Made by a program: the position numbers and the translations under genes | Notes under the pieces: generated by a model | Database searches by the model: none | Seen by the model: the letters and a program-made list of their open reading frames with translations, nothing else | What the model was told of the DNA's origin: nothing | NCBI GenBank assembly: GCA_000999315.1 | Contig: LCFW01000003.1 | Location: 20,686 to 84,685 of the forward strand | DNA: 64,000 bases | Source of the DNA: Candidatus Peregrinibacteria bacterium GW2011_GWF2_43_17 | GTDB lineage: Bacteria > Patescibacteriota > Gracilibacteria > UBA1369 > UBA12470 | Direction: 5' to 3' | Part shown: in pieces, positions 1 through 8,641 of the stretch | Layout: the number at the start of each line of letters is the position of its first letter | Position numbering within the stretch: position 1 is the first letter of the stretch

Positions 1-22
1 CAGAGCAAAACATCCTCTTTTA

Positions 23-31
23 TGATATAAT
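23..31 (+). promoter_or_regulatory. extended -10 promoter
   Basis: TG-A-TATAAT 20 nt before the ATG at 52. Confidence 0.5.
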
Positions 32-51
32 TTACGGAAGTAAAACAATAT

Positions 52-690
52 ATGGGGCTCAACACTCAACAACCATCGTCGGAATCATATGAATCGCTCG
101 CCATTGAAGAATGGACAAGCCGTCTCAAGACGATACTTTCAAATTTAAACAAAATTCCGGAAGAAATGATCCATCGAGGACCGACTTTCACGGTCGAAAC
201 AAAAAACGGCGAAACGTTAACTTGCGAAACTTTATATTTCAACTTCATATTTGGAAAAAATTACCAAATACGCAAACCCGTAAACACCAACGGAGCTGGA
301 ATCATGCACTTTGTATTCGCAAAAAACACCTCGGGAGAAATTGTGGGCTTGCGGATATCCTCAATTTTCAATCAAAATAAAAACGAGATGCTGGCGCAAT
401 CAAGAATTTCAGTAAAATATCGCGGGAAAGGCTTGGCAATGCCGACCGAAAACGCTTTTATCAAATCCATGCAGTGGCTAGCGAACACGCTCGACAAAAA
501 CATCGTTTGGAAAGTATACAACGAGAACCTGGTAGCCTTGGACCTGGCGAAAGAAAGGGGAAACGTTTCAACAAAAATATTAACGGCACTCGAATCGGAA
601 CAACAAAGATGGCAAGCAATGTACGGCCCGGGAGGGAAACTCGGAATTAACAATAAGGGCAAACGCATCTTCCGCCCAATCTCCGCTTGA
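52..690 (+). CDS. hypothetical protein, possible GNAT-like fold
   Basis: 212-aa ORF; SVKYRGKGLA resembles the GNAT acetyl-CoA-binding motif A. Confidence 0.5.
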   Translation: MGLNTQQPSSESYESLAIEEWTSRLKTILSNLNKIPEEMIHRGPTFTVETKNGETLTCETLYFNFIFGKNYQIRKPVNTNGAGIMHFVFAKNTSGEIVGLRISSIFNQNKNEMLAQSRISVKYRGKGLAMPTENAFIKSMQWLANTLDKNIVWKVYNENLVALDLAKERGNVSTKILTALESEQQRWQAMYGPGGKLGINNKGKRIFRPISA

Positions 691-715
691 CCGCTTCGCG
701 TTAGCACTCTACAAT
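687..715 (+). promoter_or_regulatory. sigma70-type promoter of dnaK
   Basis: TTGACC-17nt-TACAAT. Confidence 0.75.
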
Positions 716-727
716 GTCGTGTGCTAA
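701..727 (+). promoter_or_regulatory. CIRCE element (HrcA operator)
   Basis: TTAGCACTC-N9-GTGTGCTAA, one mismatch to consensus, upstream of dnaK. Confidence 0.9.
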
Positions 728-774
728 AGACACTATGTGTCTATAAACTATTAGACTATAAAACTACCAAACCC

Positions 775-2712
775 ATGTCCAGAATCATCGGCATAGACCT
801 CGGAACCACCAACTCCTGCGTCGCAATAATGGAAGGCGGCGAACCAACGGTAATCCCAAACGTTGAAGGCCAAAGGACAACCCCTTCGGTCGTTTCGATA
901 AAAGATGAAGAAAGAATGGTCGGAGTCACGGCAAAAAGGCAAGCTGTAACCAACGCCGAAAATACGATTTTCTCGGCAAAAAGACTCATCGGCCGAACTT
1001 TTAAAGAATGTAAAAAAGATGTCGAAAGAATGCCCTTCAAAATAGTCGAAGGTAAAAACAAAGAAGCTGAAATCGTCCTCAATAAAAAACAACACCGACC
1101 CGCCGAAATCTCCGCAATGGTCCTTCAAAAACTGAAAGCCGACGCGGAAAAATACTTAGGCGAACCGGTTACGGAAGCCGTAATCACCGTCCCTGCATAT
1201 TTTAACGACTCTCAAAGACAAGCCACGAAAGACGCAGGCAAAATCGCCGGACTCGATGTAAAAAGAATCATCAACGAACCCACGGCCGCCGCTCTTGCCT
1301 ACGGTCTCGACAAAAAAAGCGGCAAAGACAAAAAAGTCGCGGTATTCGACCTCGGAGGCGGAACTTTTGACATATCAATTCTCGAACTCGCCAACGTTGA
1401 CGGAGAAAAACAGTTTGAAGTCCTTTCTACAAATGGCGACACGCAACTCGGAGGCGACGATTTCGACGAACGCATAATAAAATGGCTCACCGATGAATTT
1501 AAAAAGAATAACGGCATAGATTTGAGCAAAGACCGAATGGCCCTCCAGCGCCTAAAAGAGTCCGCCGAAAAAGCAAAATGCGAACTTTCAACGTTACACG
1601 AAACCGAAATCAACCTGCCGTTCATCACGGCCGACTCATCCGGTCCGAAACACCTCACGGTAAAACTGAGCCGCGCAAAACTCGAGGACTTGGTCGCGGA
1701 CTTGATCGAAGGCACGGTCACTCCATGCAAAAAAGCCATCGAAGACGCAAAAGTCTACGTATCCGATTTGGACGAAGTAATCTTGGTAGGAGGCATGACA
1801 AGAATGCCGATCGTTCAGAAAAAAGTTGAAGAGATTTTCGGAAAAGAACCTCATCGAGGCATCAACCCGGACGAAGTTGTCGCAATCGGCGCCGCAATCC
1901 AAGGCGGAGTTCTGCAAGGCGACGTAAAAGGCGTCCTCCTTCTCGACGTCACTCCTCTTACTCTCGGCATCGAAACCTTAGGCGGAGTCAGAACCCCTTT
2001 GATCGAAAGAAACACAACTATCCCGACCTCGAAATCTCAAGTTTTTTCAACCGCTTCGGACAACCAACCTTCGGTTGAAATTCATATCCTGCAAGGCGAA
2101 CGCCCAATGGCCGCCGACAACAAATCGCTCGGTAAATTCACATTGGATGGGATACCTGCCGCACCACGCGGAATTCCTCAAGTCGAAGTGACTTTCGACA
2201 TAGACGCAAACGGAATTTTACACGTAAAAGCTCTCGACAAAGCCACAAGCAAAACCCAACACATCACAATCACCGGCAGTAGCGGCATGAAAGACGAAGA
2301 AGTGGAAAAACTCAGAAAAGAGGCGGAAGCGCACGCGGAAGAAGACAAGAAAAAACAAGAAACGGTTGAAACAAGAATCAGCGCCGAAACCCTCGTCTCG
2401 ACTTGCGAACGCACGCTCAAAGACGCGGGCGACAAAGTGGGAGAAGATTTGAAAAAACCGGTCCGTGAAAAAATCGAAGAACTCAAGAAAATCCTCGCCG
2501 ACAAAGACACCTCCCCGGACGACATCAAGAAAGCTTCCGATTCCCTGACCGAAGAAATCCAAAAAGTCGGGACTGAACTCTACAAAGCCGCATCCGAAAA
2601 TAAAGCCGGTACCCCAAAGGACGACGAAAATGTTCGCGTTTACGACAAAGACGAGGAAAAAGAGAAGACCGTGGAAGGAGAAGTGGTGGATGAAAAGAAG
2701 AAGGGAAAATAG
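775..2712 (+). CDS. dnaK: chaperone DnaK
   Basis: [26 protein letters not shown] motifs; start moved to ATG 775. Confidence 0.98.
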   Translation: MSRIIGIDLGTTNSCVAIMEGGEPTVIPNVEGQRTTPSVVSIKDEERMVGVTAKRQAVTNAENTIFSAKRLIGRTFKECKKDVERMPFKIVEGKNKEAEIVLNKKQHRPAEISAMVLQKLKADAEKYLGEPVTEAVITVPAYFNDSQRQATKDAGKIAGLDVKRIINEPTAAALAYGLDKKSGKDKKVAVFDLGGGTFDISILELANVDGEKQFEVLSTNGDTQLGGDDFDERIIKWLTDEFKKNNGIDLSKDRMALQRLKESAEKAKCELSTLHETEINLPFITADSSGPKHLTVKLSRAKLEDLVADLIEGTVTPCKKAIEDAKVYVSDLDEVILVGGMTRMPIVQKKVEEIFGKEPHRGINPDEVVAIGAAIQGGVLQGDVKGVLLLDVTPLTLGIETLGGVRTPLIERNTTIPTSKSQVFSTASDNQPSVEIHILQGERPMAADNKSLGKFTLDGIPAAPRGIPQVEVTFDIDANGILHVKALDKATSKTQHITITGSSGMKDEEVEKLRKEAEAHAEEDKKKQETVETRISAETLVSTCERTLKDAGDKVGEDLKKPVREKIEELKKILADKDTSPDDIKKASDSLTEEIQKVGTELYKAASENKAGTPKDDENVRVYDKDEEKEKTVEGEVVDEKKKGK

Positions 2713-2715
2713 TTA

Positions 2716-2739
2716 CGAATTTTTTCGCGTAAAAATTCG
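2716..2739. terminator. hairpin after dnaK, possible terminator
   Basis: CGAATTTTT...AAAAATTCG inverted repeat right after the stop; no strong U-tract. Confidence 0.4.
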
Positions 2740-2746
2740 CACAACA

Positions 2747-2774
2747 ATGTACTGTATTCTATGTACTGTGTACT
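2747..2774 (+). repeat. degenerate 7-nt tandem repeat
   Basis: ATGTACT GTATTCT ATGTACT GTGTACT. Confidence 0.75.
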
Positions 2775-2782
2775 ATTAACAT

Positions 2783-3688
2783 ATGCACTCGATCGAAAAA
2801 CATTTCTTCCTCATCCTCACTCTCGCCCTCGCAAGCGGACTGTTTTTGCCGCAAGCTGGAGACATGCTAGTCCCGGCAATCAAGCCGCTTCTGATGATGA
2901 TTTTACTTTTAACTTCGCTGAAAATCGATTTTAAAAGCATTTTCTCGTATCTGAAAAAACCACTTCTCTCGACCTACATTTTCGTCCTGATAATGCTGAT
3001 TATTCCGACGATTGTTTTTCTGATTACAAATCAAATAGATCAAACTCTCGCGATAGGACTTTTGCTTATGACGGCAACTCCGCCGGCAATGGCATCGCCC
3101 GTATTAACCGAAATATTTAAAGGCAATTCCGCGCTCTCTCTTACAACATTAATAACGTGCTCGCTCCTCTCCCCTCTTACCATGCCCTTCCTTTTCAAAA
3201 TACTTACTTCGCAATCCATCGAACTCGATTCGTTGGAGATGGCAAAAACTTTGGCAATAATGATTTTCACCCCGATAATTCTTGCGGAAATAATTAAAAA
3301 AATACAGTCCGCGAAACCGACAATCGAAAAAGTAAAAAAATATGTAAGTGGAATCAATATAATAATAATGTCGATTCTGGGGTACATCGGCATCGCGATA
3401 CAGTCCGACACCTTGCTCAACAATCCGCTGAGCATCATAAAACAACTCATAGCCCTCACCATTCTTTTCGCAGTCATGCACGTCATCGGATATATGATCG
3501 GATTTTGGCGACCAAGAGAAGATAAAATCGCAATCGCGACATCAAACACCTATATGAACAGTTCCCTTGCATTCGTAATCGCTGTAGAATTCTTTCCGCC
3601 GGAAATCGTTCTGATCTCGATAGTTTCTCAACTCACTTGGAACCTTTTCCCCGGCATCTTCAAACAAATACTAAGAATAGTACGATAA
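2783..3688 (+). CDS. bile acid:sodium symporter (BASS) family transporter
   Basis: about 9-10 hydrophobic segments; GLLLMTATPPAMAS, GNSALS, NSSLA motifs. Confidence 0.8.
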   Translation: MHSIEKHFFLILTLALASGLFLPQAGDMLVPAIKPLLMMILLLTSLKIDFKSIFSYLKKPLLSTYIFVLIMLIIPTIVFLITNQIDQTLAIGLLLMTATPPAMASPVLTEIFKGNSALSLTTLITCSLLSPLTMPFLFKILTSQSIELDSLEMAKTLAIMIFTPIILAEIIKKIQSAKPTIEKVKKYVSGINIIIMSILGYIGIAIQSDTLLNNPLSIIKQLIALTILFAVMHVIGYMIGFWRPREDKIAIATSNTYMNSSLAFVIAVEFFPPEIVLISIVSQLTWNLFPGIFKQILRIVR

Positions 3689-3720
3689 ACTCATAAACAA
3701 ATAGTCGCATAGTGAAATCC

Positions 3721-3752
3721 GGACTATTGGCCTATGAATCTATAAGTCTATC
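3721..3752 (+). repeat. degenerate 8-nt tandem repeat
   Basis: GGACTATT GGCCTATG AATCTATA AGTCTATC. Confidence 0.6.
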
Positions 3753-3764
3753 AACTACCCCATC

Positions 3765-4619
3765 ATGTTCTCTGGATTCGGATTAAAATTCTTCAATCTG
3801 GATGGTACGTCAACGCACCACATAATTAACGAAATCGCATATAAACATGCACTTAAAAAAACAAAGAAAAACGGCTTCCCGGGAATAATAAGCCTCGACC
3901 TTCATTCGGGATATTACGGTCCCGACGGAAAATGGTCCAAACCAATCAGCAAAGTTTCCGACCACATGTACAACCCTGCAACCGATTCGGGTAATGCCAT
4001 GAATAACGCTATCCAGTCTTACAAAATCGCATGCAAACAACTGAATTCGACAGATAAACTTGAAAAAAAACTTGGCAATCTCGCCTGCGCCCGCGGACTG
4101 CATTTTCTTGTGGACGGATTAACTCCCGCCCATCACATCGGTCACAAAGTTCTCCTGGCAAAAAGTGGCGCCGACTGGAACGATCCTTACTGGAACAGAC
4201 CGAAATCCAACACATACAACGTGCTTTTCATGCCCCACGGTCAATTTGAAAAAAAGTGCGCTTTTTATATGTTTCTTCATACAAAAAAAATTAGAAGGAA
4301 TTACGCCAAACTGCGTCAATCTCGATCGCCAATTTCGATTGCTAATGAAAACGACCTTGAGAATTTTCTTAAAAAACAAGCTCTGAAAATCCGCCTGACC
4401 GGCATTTATGAAAAATTTCTCTCTCATCAAAACATCAAAGACGAAGTGATTAAAGAACTTTTTCCGGAAATGATTTATACGGTGGAAATTTACATAAGAA
4501 GCCTGTACGCTTCAGCCGCACTCCCTCAAAAACAACACAAATACAGAGGAAAAATCGCCAGAACTTATCACGAAATCACAGCCAAAATCCCAAAAATTAA
4601 AATTCGCATACTGAAATGA
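3765..4619 (+). CDS. putative Zn-dependent phospholipase C / P1-S1 nuclease fold protein
   Basis: spaced His/Asp/Glu motifs THHII, GPD, DHMYNP, HFLVDGLTPAHH, HGQFE; ATGA overlap with psd. Confidence 0.55.
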   Translation: MFSGFGLKFFNLDGTSTHHIINEIAYKHALKKTKKNGFPGIISLDLHSGYYGPDGKWSKPISKVSDHMYNPATDSGNAMNNAIQSYKIACKQLNSTDKLEKKLGNLACARGLHFLVDGLTPAHHIGHKVLLAKSGADWNDPYWNRPKSNTYNVLFMPHGQFEKKCAFYMFLHTKKIRRNYAKLRQSRSPISIANENDLENFLKKQALKIRLTGIYEKFLSHQNIKDEVIKELFPEMIYTVEIYIRSLYASAALPQKQHKYRGKIARTYHEITAKIPKIKIRILK

Positions 4620-5236
4620 TTTTCATAAAAATCATCGCCATCTTCATCCTTGCTCTCGTCATATTTTATAAATTTTGGTTCCTTAGAAATCCGAAATTCA
4701 CAGTACCAAAAGGTAATAATTTGATCAGCCCGGCACAAGGCAGAATTTCAAAAATAATAGAAATTAAAGGCGGCTCGAAAAACAATATCGAAAAAGGGAA
4801 AGGGCGCATCGGGATTTGGGCGGACAACCTCGAAGGCAAAGACGGCTACCTGATTTCAATTGTGATGACTCCGTTCGATATGCATTTCCAAAAGGCACCA
4901 ATTGCAGGCACAATCACGAAAGTTCAACACACGAAAGGCAAACACAAAAACGCACTTTCAAAAAAACTAAGGCCGGAAGATTATGCGGAAAACGAACATC
5001 GGGAATTCACAATCGAAGGAAAAAATTTGAAAATAAAAATCATCCAAATCGCCGGATTTCTCGCACGAAGAACCGTAAGCCTTGTTCATGAATCCCAAAA
5101 AGTCGCAAAAGGACAAGACATCGGCCTTATCAGATTTGGAAGCCAGGTAACTTTGATAATCCCCAAACTTCCGCTTAAAATCAAAGTCGGAGACAAAGTA
5201 AAAGCCGGTAGAACCATAATCGCCCTAAACCCCTAA
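4616..5236 (+). CDS. psd: phosphatidylserine decarboxylase proenzyme
   Basis: N-terminal TM, SPAQG, DMHFQKAP, ENE, QIAG..ARR, RFGS self-cleavage motif. Confidence 0.88.
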   Translation: MIFIKIIAIFILALVIFYKFWFLRNPKFTVPKGNNLISPAQGRISKIIEIKGGSKNNIEKGKGRIGIWADNLEGKDGYLISIVMTPFDMHFQKAPIAGTITKVQHTKGKHKNALSKKLRPEDYAENEHREFTIEGKNLKIKIIQIAGFLARRTVSLVHESQKVAKGQDIGLIRFGSQVTLIIPKLPLKIKVGDKVKAGRTIIALNP

Positions 5237-5247
5237 CCCCTCCCCTT

Positions 5248-5748
5248 ATGCTCAAATTCCTGAAATCCCTCACACTCGCCGACTTGGCAACCCTGGCAAA
5301 CGCGACATTCGGGATACTTTCGATAAACGCCACTCGCAACGGAAATTTCGAGATGGCGTTTTTCATGATTTTCGCGGCATTCGTATGTGATTTTCTGGAC
5401 GGCAAAATCGCCCGCTTCACCAAAAAGACAACATCTCTGGGTCACGATCTGGACTCTCTCTCGGACACTATCTCGTTCGGGGTCGCGCCGGTAGCGTTTT
5501 TAATCGGAACAATCCCCACCCTTCTTGCCACGATAACCGGAATATTTTTCACGCTTTGCGGCATCCTCAGACTCGCAAGATTCAACACCAAGCCGATCGC
5601 CGGCGGATATGAAGGCATGCCAATCCCATTGCCAAGCTTATGTATCGCGACATATTATTTCGCAGGCGCTCCGATAGAATATCTCCCCTACCTGTATATC
5701 GCCCTTGGCCTACTCATGATTTCAACAATAAAAGTTAAAAAAATATGA
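5248..5748 (+). CDS. pssA: CDP-diacylglycerol--serine O-phosphatidyltransferase (CDP-alcohol phosphotransferase)
   Basis: DFLDGKIAR...G..LDSLSD motif, LRLARFN, GMP; adjacent to psd. Confidence 0.88.
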   Translation: MLKFLKSLTLADLATLANATFGILSINATRNGNFEMAFFMIFAAFVCDFLDGKIARFTKKTTSLGHDLDSLSDTISFGVAPVAFLIGTIPTLLATITGIFFTLCGILRLARFNTKPIAGGYEGMPIPLPSLCIATYYFAGAPIEYLPYLYIALGLLMISTIKVKKI

Positions 5749-7046
5749 TAGACATAAAATTAATTCGAGAAAATCCGGATCTGATCAAAAAAGCTTGCAA
5801 GCAAAAAAATATCGAACTCGATATTGAATATCTTTTAAAACTCGACCTCGAAAAACGCGAACTTCAACAAAAAACGGAAGAAATCCGCGCAAAAAAGAAC
5901 TCCGCATCGGAAGAAATCGCAAAAGCGAAAGGTCCGGACAAACAGAAGAAAATCGCCGAAATGAAAGAGCTCGGAGAAGAAGAAAAAAAAGCCACCCCGA
6001 GATTACAGGAAATCGAACTGGAACTTGCAAAACTTTTATTGTTGGCGCCAATGCCGCCGTCTTCAAAAACCCCCGAAGGCAAAGACGACACGGAAAACAA
6101 AGAACTTTACAAATGGGGCAAACTGCCGAAATTCGACTTTGAACCACTCGACCACGTGGCAATAGGAGAAAAATGCGACATATTGGACATGCCGAGAGGA
6201 GCGAAAGTCGCGGGAGCCAGATCCTACTATCTGAAAAATGAAGGGATGAGACTCGAAATGGCACTTATGATGTACACCCTCGACAAACTTGCCAAGAAAG
6301 ATTTCTCTCCATTCATAGTCCCGAACATCGTCAACTATTCGGCGATGATGGGAACTTCTTACTTCCCCGGAGGCGAAGAACAGACTTATTCATTAGGGGT
6401 ACAAAAAGAAAAAGAAGCGACGATTGAACCTGATGAAAAGTACTTGGCAGGAACTGCGGAAGTAGCACTCACTTCTTACCATGCCGAAGAAATTTTAAAA
6501 GAAGATGAGCTACCCAAGCTTTACTGTGGATTTTCAACCTGTTACAGACGTGAAGCCGGCACATACGGAAAAGATACTCACGGCATTTACAGAATCCATC
6601 AATTTCAAAAAATCGAACAAGTCGTAATTTGCAAAAACGACCCGAAAGAGAGCGAAAAAATGCACAAACTAATCTTGGAAAACGCGGAAGAACTGCTAAA
6701 AGACCTCAAACTTCCCTATAGAGTTGTAGCCGTCTGCGCAGGCGACATGGGTCGAGGCCAATATTATAAAAACGATATCGAAACCTGGATGCCAAGCCGA
6801 AATTCTTACGGCGAAACCCACTCTTGTTCAACTTTTCACGATTTTCAATCTCGCAGATTAAACCTGAAATATCGAGACCGAGACGGCAAAACACACTTCT
6901 GCCACACCCTCAACAACACTTGCGTCGCCTCTCCTCGTATTTTGATCCCGATCCTGGAAATTTATCAACAAAAAGACGGATCCGTAAAAATCCCCGAAGT
7001 CTTAATCCCCTATATGGGAGGCATCACTGAAATAAATCCCCGCTAG
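5745..7046 (+). CDS. serS: serine--tRNA ligase
   Basis: MIDIKLIREN, GTAE, YRREAG, RIHQFQKIE, HTLNNT. Confidence 0.97.
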   Translation: MIDIKLIRENPDLIKKACKQKNIELDIEYLLKLDLEKRELQQKTEEIRAKKNSASEEIAKAKGPDKQKKIAEMKELGEEEKKATPRLQEIELELAKLLLLAPMPPSSKTPEGKDDTENKELYKWGKLPKFDFEPLDHVAIGEKCDILDMPRGAKVAGARSYYLKNEGMRLEMALMMYTLDKLAKKDFSPFIVPNIVNYSAMMGTSYFPGGEEQTYSLGVQKEKEATIEPDEKYLAGTAEVALTSYHAEEILKEDELPKLYCGFSTCYRREAGTYGKDTHGIYRIHQFQKIEQVVICKNDPKESEKMHKLILENAEELLKDLKLPYRVVAVCAGDMGRGQYYKNDIETWMPSRNSYGETHSCSTFHDFQSRRLNLKYRDRDGKTHFCHTLNNTCVASPRILIPILEIYQQKDGSVKIPEVLIPYMGGITEINPR

Positions 7047-7063
7047 CGCCTAAGCCCCTATTC

Positions 7064-7072
7064 TGCTATAAT
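7064..7072 (+). promoter_or_regulatory. extended -10 promoter
   Basis: TG-C-TATAAT 28 nt before the ATG at 7101. Confidence 0.55.
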
Positions 7073-7100
7073 ATACAGATAAAAATAAAACAAAAACGTT

Positions 7101-7847
7101 ATGAAAATCGCAATTTCGACCGACTCGCTGATGGGTTACGGACTAAACAGGATTTTTGAGTTCGCAAAAGAGATCGGATTCGACGGGATAGATTTGATGC
7201 TGGACAAAAAAAATCTGGACAGTCTCGACGCGGATTATGTATCAAAGCTTTCCACCGAAACCGGACTGCCGATTTTGGCTATTCAAACATCGGATAACGC
7301 AAAGAAAAAAGATGTGGAAGAGGCGGTCAAAATGGCAAAAACTCTCGGAGCAAAAGTCATAATTGTCCAACCGCCGAAAATTCTGGACAGAAAATACGCC
7401 GATTGGCTTAAGCAAGAGGTCCCGAACATCAGAAAAATAGAGAACATCTCTATCGCACTCGAAAACGCGCAAAACAAACTTTGGCTCGGCTTCATTCCCG
7501 AACGCGCGATGAACAATATCAACGAGCTGAAAAGATTTAAACATGCTTGTCTGGATACCTCTCGAGTAGCGGAAAAAAAAGAAGATTTAATCAACACTTA
7601 CAACAGCCTCTCGAAATTCCTCGTACACGTTCACATTTCCAACTATCACAGAAATAAAGGCTATCAACTTTTGAATAAAGGGTCCCTCCCGTTGGAAAGT
7701 TTCATCAGCAAACTCGCAACCGACGACTTCAAAGGCGCAATCTCAATCAAAATCACCCCGAAAAACCTCGAGGTCCGCGAAAAAGACAGGATGATGAAAA
7801 ACCTCGAAGACTGCAAGAAGTTCATAGAAAAGTATGAGAATGCATAG
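7101..7847 (+). CDS. sugar phosphate isomerase/epimerase-like TIM barrel protein
   Basis: GFDGIDL, IALEN, CLDTS, VHVHISN; several metal ligands look altered. Confidence 0.7.
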   Translation: MKIAISTDSLMGYGLNRIFEFAKEIGFDGIDLMLDKKNLDSLDADYVSKLSTETGLPILAIQTSDNAKKKDVEEAVKMAKTLGAKVIIVQPPKILDRKYADWLKQEVPNIRKIENISIALENAQNKLWLGFIPERAMNNINELKRFKHACLDTSRVAEKKEDLINTYNSLSKFLVHVHISNYHRNKGYQLLNKGSLPLESFISKLATDDFKGAISIKITPKNLEVREKDRMMKNLEDCKKFIEKYENA

Positions 7848-7852
7848 TCGCA

Positions 7853-8413
7853 TCACGCCACCCTTCTCAATTTAGCCTGTATCGCCTCGATTTCGTCCTT
7901 TGCGCTAGCTCTTTTTCTTGCTTCTCCGAATTTCCCGGCAAGATTAGAACCACCACCCGTTATCACATCAATAGCGTCTAGCAATTTACCAAGCGCATTA
8001 AGTAGTTTTTCCAACCCCTCCGCGGCATGTCCCAGTCTTTCAATGGTGGCTATAATTTGATCGATTATACCGTTAACCTCTCCGATTTGATCTTTATCCA
8101 ATCTTTGTCCGGCATTTAAAATCGGTGAACTTCCGAAAATCTCCATTATTCTTTTAACTCCACTCTCCACCTGTCTGACAGTGTCGATATCGGTCGGCCC
8201 ACCTTCTTTTCCATTGGTACCTTCGATCGGAGCGGGATTTTTTTTCTGTTCCAAAACAATATCATATATCTCCCCACCTTTGCGAAGAATTGTATTAAGT
8301 TGCCTCCTTAACACTCTTGGATCGCCTTCCGATTCACGCCTAACAGGTCTTCCGTCCGGACTATAACCATATCTGATTTCGTCATCGCCTCGCGGCGCAA
8401 CAATTCCTGCCAT
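7853..8413 (-). CDS. hypothetical helical protein
   Basis: 186-aa ORF filling the gap, AT-rich upstream region. Confidence 0.65.
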   Translation of the reverse strand: MAGIVAPRGDDEIRYGYSPDGRPVRRESEGDPRVLRRQLNTILRKGGEIYDIVLEQKKNPAPIEGTNGKEGGPTDIDTVRQVESGVKRIMEIFGSSPILNAGQRLDKDQIGEVNGIIDQIIATIERLGHAAEGLEKLLNALGKLLDAIDVITGGGSNLAGKFGEARKRASAKDEIEAIQAKLRRVA

Positions 8414-8502
8414 ACAATTTTTGTTTTAATAAATAAATTATTACATTGTAACATAATCCAGCATAGTAGGCAACTCGATATGCAACGGAAAAAATTCTTT
8501 AA

Positions 8503-8530
8503 TTGACTTCATTAAAATTAACCCTATAAT
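8503..8530 (+). promoter_or_regulatory. rpoB promoter
   Basis: TTGACT-16nt-TATAAT. Confidence 0.75.
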
Positions 8531-8536
8531 CCTCCC

Positions 8537-8609
8537 GTACTATCAGAATAATGGATGAGTAACTGAAGATAGTAAAAGCCAGCCAGCAGAGCTCTTTTAC
8601 TATTTTTTT
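8537..8609 (+). promoter_or_regulatory. putative attenuator leader of rpoB
   Basis: ATAGTAAAAG/CTTTTACTAT stem plus T-run; competing TACTATC/GATAGTA pairing. Confidence 0.45.
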
Positions 8610-8641
8610 ATAAAAATCTTTAATCTCTAAACTAACATACC

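Noticed and set aside
721..774. N-terminal extensions in the ORF track for dnaK (also rpsH, trmD, pyrB, pyrC, the ATPase and the large surface protein)
   Set aside because: They run through promoters, repeats or upstream genes; internal ATGs match the expected N-termini.
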